Shown here piece after piece: positions 42,201-57,200 of a stretch of DNA of 64,000 nucleotides (positions within the stretch are counted from its first letter, which is position 1; each line of letters starts with the position of its first letter). Where the stretch lies: positions 837,612-901,611 of the forward strand of contig NMRA01000103.1 in NCBI GenBank assembly GCA_002633005.1. The letters are read 5' to 3'. The DNA comes from Phoronis australis (lineage: Eukaryota > Animalia > Phoronida). The notes beneath the pieces are model-generated. The model saw nothing but the letters and a program-made list of their open reading frames with translations, was not told the DNA's origin and did not search any database. The translations under genes were made by a program, and so were the position numbers.

Positions 42201-45200
42201 AAAATGTTAAATAACTTCAAAGACAATTTAAACATTCAACATTTCCACAAAGATCCAGCAACATTTATTTTGGTTTAACGACTCAATTCCCCATTTGAAC
42301 AAATCTTTATGAATTCAGACCACTTATCTCATTCCTAAATCCATAAACAAAATTATACAGTTAGCCATTTGTTCGAAGGGTAAGCATATTTTGGGACACC
42401 CTGTATATGATAAAATTTGGAGTCCTTTTAACGATGGAATAAGAACTTGTCATTTGAAAAAAATGAAACTTTTGGCTATTATTTATGCTTACATTTCCCA
42501 CACACCCACCTGGTAGTTTGGATTCTGGGGCACCAGTTGAACTTGTGCAAAGTTCCACTTGTTGCCCTGGGTACCCTTCTTGGTCCAGACAGCCGAGCCG
42601 ATGGCTGACGAACCCTGCTGTCTGACGAACACCTTGAGCGTGTTGACGTGAGCGCCGTACATGTGGTAGTAGAAGTTGAGACAACGTGGCAGGATGTCGG
42701 TAATGGTGTCACTCACAAGGAAGGCATTGTCACCATCTTGCCGTGGCCGGGATGCCTCGATGAACATGTACCAGCCTTGATCTGCAAAGCATGGACACAA
42801 GCATTTGGTATAATGTAGCTTTAAGTATATCAGTGACTTGAGAGGGTGAGGTTCTTGAGAACTAATAATACAATATTACAATATGGTAAATAAATCTAAA
42901 ACTTAATGTTTGATACGATAAAGTTGCAGTATTTGGGAAGTGGAAAATGAGCCTGAAACCATGATTGCACGTTACGTGAGGAAACTCTTCTCAGTGGATG
43001 AGATGCATCGTGTATTGTTTTAAATTACGGCGCAAAGAACCACAGGTGTTCCAAGGATTTCATCACATCTAAGGCAAAACTTCCCCAGACTGGGACCAAA
43101 AAATTATTTTGCTCAAGATCAGAGCTCGCAGCACATTTTAGGCGCTACTGGCCATCTCAATTTCAAGAATTACAGTCGACAACAAAATGATCATTCACCT
43201 TGATGTAACACACTACATACATGAAAACATTGCATCTCCGGCTTTTCTTGAGGATTTTAAGAATTGTCAAGTCTATTTTCAAACTTCACTGATACAAAAA
43301 GCAATGTATAGTATCCGTGAAATGTGATGAACGCAAAAATGGCCCATGTCCCAATCTTCAGAATCAGGAAAATTAAAGTTTTGGCTTGAATTTTGGTGCC
43401 ACAAATTTCAGAGACTGTCCCAAACTTGAGGCTTTTTAAACTATATCGAAGAGAACAACTAAGTACACACACGTCAGAGAAGAATCACACATTGATCATC
43501 ATGAACTCTCAACCACAACGTAACTGTCCGGCGAGAAAAACCCACAGACCTGTTCCAGTGGTGTGGTCAGTGACAGGTCCGGTAAGAGTGGACCCAGTAG
43601 GGCCCTGTCCCCTTGTCCAGTCAAACTTATCATCCTTGGGCTGGGTCCATGAGCACAAGTCAACCTCAAAGTCACAGTCGAACGAAGTGGTAGCTATCGA
43701 GATAAATCACATTTTTCAATAATTACAAACTATAGACAAGAGAGCACTGATGAGTCTCCATATAAGGCAATAATAGTTTGAGAGTAAGGCAAATTAATGC
43801 TATTTTATATCACTCTATTTCAATGTATTTGCTAACGGAATTACCTTCAAAAAATAACGTTCAGCGTATTAAGTGAAAATTATCCTGATTCAGCATAATT
43901 CAATTGTCACATTTTTCTACTTAACAATTAGTTAATCTCTGAAGATTGAATAACTAACACACGTTCAGAATACTTTGTAAATATTAAACTCAGGAAATCA
44001 CAACAAATAGATTAAAGTACTAAAATTAATAATATATGAATGGAAGACGCTTTAAGATAATAACAGTTACAATGCGTTAAACTTGACCAACAAAAGTCTA
44101 CTCACGATAGGTGGGCCCTGCTGTGGTACTTGGGCCAGTCACAGCCGTGGTGCCTGTGGTCTGCGAGCCAGGCTTGGCCTTGTTAGGAATCACTGAAAAC
44201 AAGGCACAGGTGAAGGAAAGGAGGGCATCGACACAAGACTTGAAAAGCAAATGACAGTAATTATTCAGTTGTTTAAAAGGAAACTAATCTGTTTCGGTGA
44301 TTTCAATTCCTCATTCTGTACCCTGCCAATGCATTATTGGTGTCCCACTTGAGTGACAAAAGTAGGATTAAACTAAAGGCCTATGTGACTCAGAATGGAT
44401 ATTATGGTTCTCTGTGAGTGGTCATTCCCTATTGTTTTGTGACTCATGTGTAGGTAAAGCTTGCCCATTTAACAGACTTTGTAAGTTGTTTCCAAAATTT
44501 GCTCCAAACTTTCAAAGGCTGGGGAGGGCTACAGAGCAATGCAGCTTTGTTTTAAAGAGCTGGATGTGGAAGTTGACAGCTGTTAATATTTGTTAATGGG
44601 CCAAAAACTGGGTTTGGTACCATATTAACATTACTTTGACTATCAACAAAGATATCGATTGAATACAGTTTGCAGTGAACAAATTTCTGACACAGTGGAT
44701 GAACTGTTTATCATTTGCTTCCTTAACAGAACCCGTTCTATAACCCTATAACAACCATCAGGGTAGTGATGGTTTATGTATTGAACTGACGGGCTCAAGC
44801 AGGGTCTGATAACAACAGATACTGCCTCATAATGACCAGAAAAAAAGGCCAGCTGACACATCCAGTTTTATCTACAGAAACATATTACGTTCTGTTATAA
44901 TAACTAAATTATACAACAACCAAGTTACACAGACAGAGTATAAGACGACAAATAAAAACAAATTGGAAAGCACAGCTACTAAACATAATGCATAACAACA
45001 AAATATTTACATGAACATTTGGTCACTGTGAATGTCAGGTCGTCGATGGCAATGTCACCATAGAAGTTAGACCCACGGATGCCTTCAAAGACAATCTGGA
45101 AGAGAAAATGACCACCTGAGCGCATCCAAATTAGTGCTGATATTACAAACAAGAACCAGCAATCATCTTACAATGTTTTAAGAACTTATATCAAGTCTCT

Positions 45201-48200
45201 TTTAAATTCACTAAGCATCAATACTAGAATATTTCAATAAAGTCATGTATTACTTAGTTCTAATAATATTGCCTATACTAATGGCTACAAATATCCAACA
45301 TGACATTATGTGGAACCCATGCAGCAATTCTACAAACTCTATGTTCAATAAATATCAACACAGCTGTGACATAGTACTGCTACAACTGTAGCTCTAACTA
45401 CAGTGTACTGCTACTGCTGTTATAAACACTATCACTACTTTCTAGTACTACTAATACAGTACCAATACTACCACTACCCCTACCAACTACAGTAAAATCT
45501 CACCATGCAATTTTGGCAAAAACTAATTGTCAAAATCGGTCCGTTTTCAATTATCGAAAGCTTCTAACATTATCATGAATGCCCACAACTACCCAGAATC
45601 ATTGTCTGACAGTAGCTTTAGTATAGATCTTTAAAACTATTGTAGCAATTGTTTTGTGCTACTTATCTTTTACGTAGAAAACTAAAAAATAAAATTTCCC
45701 TTGTCAGCCATATTGTGTCAAAATTGGTAACACTTTACCGCACACTATTGCTAGTTCGAAGTAGTCGTAGTCGTCGTTGTAGTTGTAGTAATAGAATAAT
45801 TGCTATTCCTAATTCTCTGCAATATGACGCACAGATGCCACCTACCCTGTACATTTGACCCTTGCTATCAATAGCGACTCGACCTTGGTTCCAGTTATCT
45901 CCCTGGTCACCACTTATAGTCCACAAGTCTGTGCGTATGCCCCGCGAGGCGAACACTCCACCAGTCTGGGACTCCATGTAGATGGTGAGCGTGCCGACAC
46001 CAGAACCACTCATGTGGTACCAAAAGTTGAAGCAGCGTGTCGAGGTGGCATCGAAGTACTGGCTGGCGTAGAGTGCACGGTCGCCACGTACTCGGGGGGA
46101 GCTGGTCTCAATGAACACATAGGAGCCTGGAAACAGACAGAACACTCAGCGCATCTGACGAATCAAAATTTTTGTCAAAACATGAACAGGGCTATGCTGA
46201 ATTAAGTTCAAGAGAAACTAAAGCATTTTGACTCTCTGTAGGTCTATGGAAGCAGGAAACTGGAAGGAACAGGTAAGTGCAAATAAAAGTTAAAACTACA
46301 GTTTTGAGAAGACTTTATCAATATCGAGATATAGAACTACCCCTAGGCAGAGTGCCAAAGGTGGTTTTAGTTACCTCATACATTGTAAACCTACAATACA
46401 GTGGTCCTAATAGATATAAGTTTCTTGTTTTACTTTAAAGTGGATTGTTACCTGTATAGTAAGTGGCATAAGCCTGTCAGTCATTTTAAACTGACTTTAG
46501 AGAAATATTGACTTAGAGACATTTAAGTGACAGAGAGGATGTCCTACAGCGCTTCCATATGTCTGTGTAATTTTAATTAGGAGAACTTTGGTGAATAAGA
46601 TAATCCTTGTACTCCAAATCGAAAGCTGTTCAAAAAGTATGCCCCGGCAATAGTCGGATATAATGTGCCCACATTTTGAGAACCAGTTGATGCCCATTAT
46701 TCAGTGGAGAAAACTGGTTCTCAAAATGCGTGTACTTTATATCCGACTAGTACCCATTCCCCAGTGGTTGTGATCACTCAAAGTTGATAACTGGGAAATG
46801 GCTTGTAATGAATCTGATTGGGCAGAAGCAACTACAGTTCTTACGAGAAAAGAGGGATCACACAAGACCAGAAAAATGATGCAAAAGAAAGACCTGTCCA
46901 GTGTTTTACGTATATGTCCACGGCCTTACTAGAAGGAACTGATTGGTCAGAGACATTGACATGTTGCATTATGGGATAGGATTCACTTTTATGTTCTATA
47001 TCTGAAGATTTCTTTCTGCATGACAGTGAACAACTAATGTCAGGTCTACCGAACACTATCTAATTGCTTCTGATGACCAAACTTTTTTATAAAAAACTAC
47101 CCACCAGTCGATCAGACGCTGTCTTTTTCACATACCCAAAAATTGCTTTTGCATTATATCCAGGTTCTCAATCACTCCCTTGCATATAATCACTGCAGCT
47201 AAGACTCACAGAGCCAAAAGGAGTAAAAGACACATTCATACAATACTCGATTGCCTGTCAGTGAAGACATAATTTGAGCCCGGGTCTCCCAAACCAGAGT
47301 CTGGAACTCAAACCACTGAGCCACACTGTTACCTCAAAATGAGAACTGATATAACTCGGCTCTAACTAACCTATGCCAGACTGGGTTGTGTGATCATAGT
47401 TGGGCCCAGTGAACTGACTGCCCGTTGAACCCTGGCCATTCAACCAATCAAAATCGTCTCCTTTAAGGTTGGCCCACGTGCAAATCCTAGCCTCGAAATC
47501 GCAGTCACCTGAAAAAAGAGCGCGACATCATTCACAGTTCTGGGTCATTGACTAGGGCCAGAAATGTGAAACTCAACACTTGAACAGTGATATAGTTATC
47601 AGACAAAATACCAATTCCACTTATATGCAATGATCTGCGACAAGCCATCACAACTTGTCCAACAAGCTGCTTTGACGCTGAATTCCGCTTACATTTAGCC
47701 ATCATGATAGGGATTTGCGACTCATCTTGCCTGAGTTTTTTGGCGTATGCTGCACCTTAAATACATTTTTACCATATCTTTCATGCCACGCAATACCTTA
47801 CAAAATGATGACACATATTTGGCAACACCATGCCTTCCAGTTTAATCGTAACCATTAAAAATGCATGGCCACATCCTCCTGGTTTATTTCTTAAAGAACC
47901 AAGAGAAAAAATGTATCTGACAACATCGCAAATCATGGTTCACTCTTAAAAACCAAAAGCCAAAGGAAGTAATACCATACTCATGACACAATTCATGCTT
48001 AAGCGCCCTCTACTAATTTTTTAAGAAACTGATTGTCACCATTCTAAAGAATCTAATACATCACCTGGAACTGAGCATCCCTGGGGAAGTAACTGTACGT
48101 CATCAATGGCAATGTCACCAGCGTAGCCAGAACCACGCACACCCTCAAACAGAAGGGTGAAATCAGCAGACGGCTGGAGGGGCACTTGAGCCTGGAAAGT

Positions 48201-51200
48201 ACAACAGTGAGATCATAGTGAAACATGGGTAAATAGCGTATCTTAGTTCATAATGATACTAATTATTCAGGGTGGTAACCGATCTCAGACCACATGAGAA
48301 CGAGATGATATTTTTGAAATGAATAATATAAAGGAGAAAATTGTTTATCAAATGACAAGAGGGCAGCATATCCACTTCTGTGTAGCAAATAAACTTACTA
48401 AGTTTCATGTCGATTGTTCACATTGGCAAAACCTGAGATTTCCTAACTGATCAATTAAGCATCAACAGCTCAAAATGCAAAAATCTGAAACGTCTCACCT
48501 GGAACCAGTTGTTACCCTGGTTACCAGTCTTGCTCCAGATTGTTTTCTTTGTGGCATTGCTGTTGTCGCCCAGGTAGACGTTGAGGTTACCAATATGTAC
48601 GCCATACATGTGATACCAGAACTCCAGGCACCTGGCGCTGGCCTGGCGGTAGACAGGGCTCACTAACACAGCCTTGGCACCCGTCTTGCCGCTACTGGTC
48701 TCGGTGTACATGTAGTGGCCTGCAACATTCGGTCGGTGTGTCAGCATGGAGAAGTGGGGAGCATGCATTATCACATACAGAGATGTAGAATGAACTCATG
48801 AAAAATATTTCTCAGGCGGTTCTCTGTCGTAGGAGGGATTGGAGTTTTGAAGTGTCAGGAATCATCTAGGGGAGATATTTTGCTTTGTTTTGACAAACAA
48901 AAAGAGTTGTGGGGGGCAAGAGTACAGTAACAAAATTCAGGGTGAACTCCTTCATGTAACACAAAACTTCTTGCATCTAAGCGACATATATGCCAAAGTT
49001 GAAAAAATGTTGCATTTTGGTTGTGGATTTTTAAGGCTGTATTGTTGATAATTCCCCAAACAGATACTAAAAAAATATTCACAACTCACAAAAGTGATTT
49101 TCAGTATAAGTAAAATTTAAAACCAGAAAAAGCAACACCGTTTCACAAAACATGAAAATTACAAAAGTGTGTGTCACAAAAGAGCAACTTGTCTTACCTG
49201 TGCTTGACCCGTAAGTGTGGTCGATGTTGGGACCAGTACCCACGCTGCTTGTTCTACCCGACTCCCATGTCCAATCAAAATCGTCTGTGGTAGACTGTCC
49301 ATAGCCGCAGAGATTCTTATTTTCAAAGTCACAGAAAGTGGCTAGGTTGAAAAAGAATAACATGCATTGAAATACATCAACGATTAAATTCTAATGTGTC
49401 TTCTACGCAACAGATCACTGATTACCAATCAGCTGTGTTAAAGCAGCAAGGCTCAGAGTCAAATCTCCAAACTCCGGCTCAACTCTTATCTCAAAATATC
49501 AAATCACACAGTATGATTTGAGCTTACTGGTCAATTTTTCGAGTCAATTTGGAACTACAGAGATAAGTACTTGAGGTCAGAGACCTTGATCTCCAAACCT
49601 TATTTGAGATTCCGCTTGAAAATTGACCAATAGTGTGCATGGTTTGAATAATGTCTTCAGTTTCATGCAAAGCGATACATCCATTTTCAAGTCGAAGTGA
49701 CCACTGAGGTCACAGGCTCACATAGAAATTAAAGCTGCATCAGGGAAAGTCATTCTCTAGTATCTGACAGAGCAATCTCGATGAAGTAGAGACTATTGGT
49801 ATACAATCCTAATTTAATCAGTGCATTTACTAAATAAATGCTTAAAACTGTTGACGTACACAATTTCCTTTCAACTAACCTCCGTGCAAGTTGCAAGGTA
49901 CATTCAGAGAGATAGAGATGTCGTCAAGAGAGATGTCGCCACGGTAACTGGTACCTCGGACTCCTTCAAACACAACCTATTACAAAAAACATATTTCTGC
50001 TAAATTTGTTGATACAAGGAAACAGACATAAACAGGGCAGCTGCCTCCAGCTCATTTCTCAAACATTTATTGGACGTTTTTTGTTAAGAATCCAAACCTA
50101 TCTGTTCAAGTGTTTGATAAAAATATGGAACACAATAATCCCACAATTCCTCAGTTAGTCAGAAAATAGAACCATTACCTCAAAACAATCCATTTACGTA
50201 GAGTCAACTCTGAATGTGACACAACTCTAACTGAGATAGGAATAGTGCAAACCACAATTTAGCATTTAGCATTGTTCACTTCCATGCTGAACGCCTTCTG
50301 TTAAGCTTTTTGTGGAACTCTAGCCACCCAATGTCCAAAATTGGCAATGCTTGGAACACCATATCTCAAAAAAAGCTAAACAGATTTATATGAAACTTTC
50401 AGATGCCATGCGTCATTCACCATTGCCAAAACTGTTTAATAGGAACGGTTCTTAAAACTTTCCATTTTTGCACGAGGGGCTATCCAAGAACAGGACGTTT
50501 ATGATTTTCAAGAAAAAAAATCAAGATTTTACATAAAATGACAACAAAATGATATTTTAAAAATTGTAATAAGAGTTTTGAAACATCTTGAAAATTTATA
50601 TCAAAAATATTTCATCAATTATGTTGTAGTCCAAAAATTTTCTTATTTTAGCACTCCCGTTCTTTTAACTGTAGAAATCTCTTTCATGAACTCTGTGTCA
50701 CTGCCTACCTGGAATGGTTGCTTGCTGACCACATTGACCTCTGCATAGTTCCACTGGTTACCCTGGGTACCAGTCTTGGTCCACACTGCTGCCCCCAGTT
50801 GGCTGCCCGACTTGGTGTACATGTTGAGCGCATTGATGTGAGTACCGTACATGTGGTACCAAAACTTCACACAGGTGCCGCTTGTGGCCGGAATGGCACG
50901 GGACTCCACGCGCGCGGTGTCGTTCACCCGTCGAGGGCTGGAGGCCTCGATGAAGATGTAGTATCCTTTATCTGTCAACATACATGAATTTCTGACATCA
51001 AGTTGGAGTACGAGCAAAACAGATGAAAAACAGGAAAACTTCCAACAATTATAAAAAAATTATATCAATCATCATAGAAATGGGCCAAGAAAGCTATAAT
51101 TTCTTACTGTTGGTCTTGCAGTCTTTTGATTTAATAAATTTTACTACTGATATTTAATTACAACTATTCGCCTGTTGTTCACCTACGCAAAACAGAGCCT

Positions 51201-54200
51201 CATCACTTTTGCATACTAATCCATGAAATTAAAATTTTCTGAGCATCAGCAATTATTCTAATTGCTTTGAAAATAGCAGTAAGTATAGGATGAAGAGAAG
51301 TGATGAAATTGGTGACACTCATTTATTTAACTTATTTATAATAACCTTTTAAATACAATAAAAATTAAGGGCTTCACAAACAATCTTACTTTGCGTACTT
51401 CACACTGTGAGAAACAACTAACAGGAGCTGTAATGACCAATGACAAAAAAGGAGAAATTTTTACACGTCACCTATCGTTCAACAAATAAATACTAGGTTT
51501 ATGTGAAATATTTTTGTGTTACAAATTTTAACTGCAAGCAACATGAATAACATAAAAATAGTGATGAAAAAGACAAAAAATAAGGCAACGTGAAAACAAA
51601 TAGGAGAAAATCGAAAACAAAAAAGAGGAAATTATCTTAAAGGAGGAAAATTCCCAGGCCTCGAACTAGGCACAAGTGACTGTAAACAAAACTTAGTGTA
51701 AAACAGAAAGTATGCTGAAATAGAAACTGAACCATCTTACCTGAATTAGTTGTGTGGTCAATAGATGGACCAGTCTGGGTGCTGCCCGTAGACCCTCGAC
51801 CCCTTGTCCAGTCAAATTGGTCACCCGTAGATTGCTTCCACGTGCAAAGACCTTTCTCAAAGTTGCAGTCATACACAGATGGCGCTGAAGGATAATGCAA
51901 CAAAAATTCGTAGTCACTAAACTTAAGGTAACATGGCTCCTTCTCTTTAGGGAGCTATGCACATCCATTTTTGATTGGGATTTGCTTGTTCTCAAAACAA
52001 TTTTTGTTAACCCCCAACCTATCATCCTCGCTCCTCTAATAAGGGTATGCCAAGAAAAATGTATTTTTAGATTCCCTCATTTTGTCACTGAGCAATATTT
52101 TGTTTTCAGAAGACATTGAAAAAATAATTGTCACATTGAAAGTCAAATGCTTCGAGTAGGTAACATTACTATATAAAACAAAGTTAATCTTGAACTCGGA
52201 CCACCTTGTAGCAAGATGCTGATATCACTAGGTTTGCTTTCTCTGCAACACTCTTTTGCGGCTGAAGATTGTACAAAACAATTCAGTGCCATCAAATTTC
52301 ACAAGCCTTTAAGTATAACAACACGGCACAGCAAAGTACCACATAAAAAAGTATTATACAGAAACTGACGTCATAAGTCAGTTCCTTAATTATATGAATT
52401 ATATTTTGAAATAAATTTGAAGAAATTCATCACTCCCTTGCCAATCCACTTGTGCAGCTGGAGTACATGTCCCTTTAATTTGATGCTAATACAAACAACG
52501 CTGGATAGCAAGAAAAACGTGCTGCGCACAATTTCCCAATAATGCCATGTGATGTTTGTCACTAAGCAAACTTGGAAAAAATAATGAAATTTGTAAATTT
52601 ACACTAATTCCAAACAAGCTGGTTTTCGTTTTACTGGGGATACTGTTTGCACAGTTTGGTAGTACTTGATGTGTTTGAGTTGAGTATATGAAGCTCACAA
52701 AAAGACACTCACCTGCCGTGGTGCTGGGCGTGGTAACCACAGATGTTTGGGTTAGCGGTGTAGTGGTTGGTGGGAGTGTTGGGCGGGTGTTGGGGTCAGC
52801 CTCAAAAGGTGTAGCTAGATGAAGGAACAGAGATGAAAACATTACACACATTTGTTAAGTTACAGATGAGTACTTTCTGCAGCAGCCAGATTCTCACTCA
52901 CGATGAGTTTTCATTAATTTTTCACAAATTCCTTGAATGGAATTTTCATTTTACAATAAGTGTGAGGTGTTTTTTCCTCCACAAGGCATGTTATAGCAAT
53001 CTTGCTGACTATAACCAGGCGCTCATGAATGCATGATTTAGCAATATGAGTTACAAAATTAAAGATTTCAACAGACGGTATTCCATGAAGTTTTAAAATT
53101 TTCTAGGTAAAGAGTTTTCCATGTATGGAAGTTATGTCACTTTGTTATTTTCAATTTCAGTTTCTCACAAAGCGTTATCAGTAAACAATTGCCAAATCAA
53201 TAAAGGAATTCAATTTTAGCAGTCTTCTATCAATTGATGTTGAAGTGCCAAGAATCATTGGTTTTACATAATTATTCAAGGTGACTGTACTAATAAAACA
53301 CTGGCCAAAAAGAGACAGTCTGCTGTTGAAAAGACAAACCTAAATTTGACTTGCCATTGAATGACCGAGGAAAGATTCAAGATTATAATTGCAATACTGG
53401 TCACATGGTTTTCAGAATGTTTTCCAAAAATTAAGTTATATTCAACAATTGAGCTGCAAAAAGTTTACGTACTGCTACAATCTCCGTCTATAAAGGATAT
53501 GTCATCCACGGCAATATCGCTACGGTAACCGTTGCCCTTTTCGCCTTCGAACAAAACATAGTACGAGTACACTGATTGCATGGCCACACGACCGAATATC
53601 CAGTTGTCCCCACGATCTCCCGTCAGCTGCCAATAAATGTTTCTAGTACTGTTGGTTGAGGGATCCATTCTGCGCACTCGGAGATATCCCACGTTTTGGC
53701 CATACATATGGAACCAGAAAGTGATGCAGCGTTTTGCCGTGCGGCCAGTAGGTGGCATCAACTCACTCATCAACCACGCTCGGTCACCAGTGCGTCTCGG
53801 AGCAGATGATTCAATGAAGACGTATTTTCCTAAAGAATGTCACATAAAATGCAACAATGAACGATATTTCCAGAAACCAATGTTTCAAAACTTTAGAAGA
53901 TGTATTGAGCCAAATGACAAGGTTTCTTTAATTTCGTTTACATCCAATGAGTTTCACTTTCATAATAGACATAACAAAACCACAGCCTCTAAAATAAATG
54001 CATCTCAACAAAATTGCTACATTTTAAGACTTCAAAATGCTAATCAGAAACAGACAGTGGAAACCCCCTTTCATTTATTCGTGAAATAAAGTTCTATCAT
54101 CAAATCATGCTGAACACTAAGCCCACCATTTCCATCGCCTTTGGTATGGTCTGTCCTCGGTCCAGTGAACTGTGATGGAGTACCACCAGTGCCTAATGTC

Positions 54201-57200
54201 CAGTCAAAATCGTCGACACTGGTAGGGTTTATCCAAGTACACAGTCCCTTCTCAAAGTTGCAGTCTCCGGGCATCTGACACGGACCATCAATGAGGGAGA
54301 AGTCGTCAAGGGCAATGTCGCCACGGTAACCGGTGCCACGGACACCCTCCAGAACAATCTAAACAAAGAAACATTGCATACTCTAGTGCTTTAGAGATAA
54401 TTTAAAAGCTAACCAATTTAAGATACAATATGGAAGACAAGTAAAATTTAAATAGCTTTTGATTTTGTTTTCATTCAAGATAAGTAGCAACAAATGTTAA
54501 TAATCAGTTTTAACTTCTCTACCATAGATACCAAAAGACAATGTTTTGAAAAAGTTTGGGCAACGAAAAAAATGTAAGAAGTTGTTGAAGAATGAAAATA
54601 TTGATTCTGGTCATCGTTTACTGAAATTGGTTTTGAAATTGTTTTGAACAAGTACCTCTTTTTACTACATCTATAGCAATGAGAAATTTACTTGCCAGGT
54701 GGCACTAGCGAAACAACAGTTCTAACAGACTGAATATAAACACAAGAACTCATTGTCAGGCGGGAGCCTTAGAACAGAAACACCTCTGTGGAAGTAAACT
54801 GATATTTGTATACAATCAACTTATAGGTGAAAAAAGAGGACCCGTTGTCTCTTCATTGACATTTTACCTGGAAGGGCTGTTTGGTTTGAATGGTGACCTG
54901 ACCAACAACCCAGCGGTTTCCTTGGGAAGTCGCCTTCGTCCAGGAGGGGGTCTTCGGCAGTGCGTTGCCCGTTTTGATGTAGACGTTGAGTGAGCCAATC
55001 ATACTGCCATACATGTGGTAGTAGAACTGGAAACACTGGGGTTTGGTCTGGCTGAACTGGGGACTGGTGAGGCGTGCCTTATCACCCTTCTTACGCGGTG
55101 AGTTGGTCTCAATATAGACGTAGTAGCCTGCCGTGACAAGGAAAGCAGTCGTAAGAACAGAACCACATATCAGTTGGTGGTACCTTGTACATTGTCAACA
55201 GATATATACAAAAACTGCAAGCACCAACGCTTGGTATTGTCATGAATGCTAAATCTAAGTTCATTTTGTGTGAAACAGAGCAATGTTAACAAAATGTGGC
55301 ACAATGTGGACACCGCTACCGCTTTCTCAGCTTTTGAATAAATTAATTAAACTCGCCAGTAGGATCAATAGTACCCTGCATAGTGACTTCATCTATCACT
55401 GACAGTTTGTCAAAAAAATCAAGACAGTTTAAAAAACACTGTCAACGTGCAACAGAGTGTAATCTACAAGCTAACAGTACTTTTTTATGTCACGTGACAG
55501 TTTAAGAGGCCTTACCCTGGTCTGTGTTTGTAGTGTGATCTTTTGACGGCCCAGTACCATAGCTCACAGTTCGACCTTTGTTACGTGTCCAGTCAAAATT
55601 GTCGTCCGTGTCTTGAATCCAGCCACAGAAGTTCGTCTCAAAGTCACACTGAGCAGCCACTGTTAGGAAGTTTGCAAAATATTAAAATAAGAAAAAAAGA
55701 TGCTAAAACAATAGGTCAAAGAATTCAAAACAATTATCAAACCGAATGAGACCACAACTGTTGAACATCATGTCGTGAAAATTTCTGACATTTTGTGAGT
55801 ATGCTCAAAAATAGTTTGGCAAAGAGCCAATTTACAAGAACCTGAAGTAGAAAAGGTTATCAAAAGCAGAAAGGGTCATTTGGACTTACTCGTAATCTGA
55901 TATTTACAGTACCGTAATGTAATGCTTTGTTTGCCAGAAAATACCGCATAAGGTAACATATAGAGAAAATCTAAGATTCATATTATATGCTAACGTTGGC
56001 TTACTTTTTGAAATGCATGCTTGAGTACCAAAGAAACAACACTGCCATTGTTGGAGATGGGAAGTGTTAGAAACGATTTTGGGGTCATGTCTCGTCTTCA
56101 AATTAAATGAGGCTATTTCTCCACGAAGTTATTGTGAACTAACACAGTGCTTGTAATATGAAAGTTTCTGTGAGAAAGCTACATTTTGTTTAAAGAATAT
56201 GATATGACAATTTTCATGAATCTGACAAAGGTATTCATTTGTGTCCCAAATAAAATGATTATGCAGGAAAAGTTTGTGCATTCAGCCAAATACCTAGTAC
56301 AAAACTGTAGAATTTAATTCAAGATAAATGTATGTTTTTAGAAAGCAGAAAGCGCGTAGAATTATATTTCTGACTTAATACCAACCTGTAATGAACCTGG
56401 TCACGTAACTATTTCTTTTAGAAAGAATTAACAATCGTACAATCAAAGCAAAACACAGCATCAATAACACAAATTGTTCAAGACAAAATCTCAAAATTGC
56501 TATATCACGGTGCTTCTAAATCATTTGTTTTATAAAAGCATGAAGTCCTATTTTTGATATTTCCTAGTCAAAAATGGATCGACCCAAAAACATGATTCCT
56601 GACAGCGTTTTGCAGAACAGCGGAACAAATGATAGTCCCTGAAAGAGTAATTTCTGAAATAAAATGTTCCAAAATTGGCGAAAATATGGAGATTTTCGTA
56701 GGGTTCTACACAACATCATAGTATATCTACCAACACTTGTCAATAGGCATTACCTGCTCCCTGACATGGTCCATTCTTCACCCTGATATCGTCAAGAGCA
56801 ATGTCACCACGGTAACTGAGTCCTCGTTTTCCTATGAAGGCAATCTGGTACGTTCCCCGGATGGCTGGCATTGTCACCTGACCCAGGATCCATTTGTTGC
56901 CGCGTGTGCCAGTCTTTGACCACAGTGGTGGAGCTGGTGTGCCTCTGGGCTGTAACAGTTACACAAAACCTCTTACCAACTACTGCCTGGAGCTAATGTC
57001 ATTGATCAATACATACACTGAGCCTTACTCCTTGAGGATGGATTATAAATAACAGTGTCAAATATGCTATCAGTTTTAGCCAGACAGACAAGTTGACTGC
57101 GAAGGAGTAATTTTTGCTAGCAGTTTTAGCCAGCCAGCGAATTGTCCGAGAAGGAGTAATTTTCGGCAGCAGTTGGTTTGTTTCCTCACCACCCAAGTCC

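Noticed and set aside
30025-56949. Many RGD tripeptides as integrin ligands
   Set aside because: Most are part of conserved MAM motifs (YRGDIA, GxRGDxW), where other repeats have QGD, TGD or QGN, so they are probably incidental.
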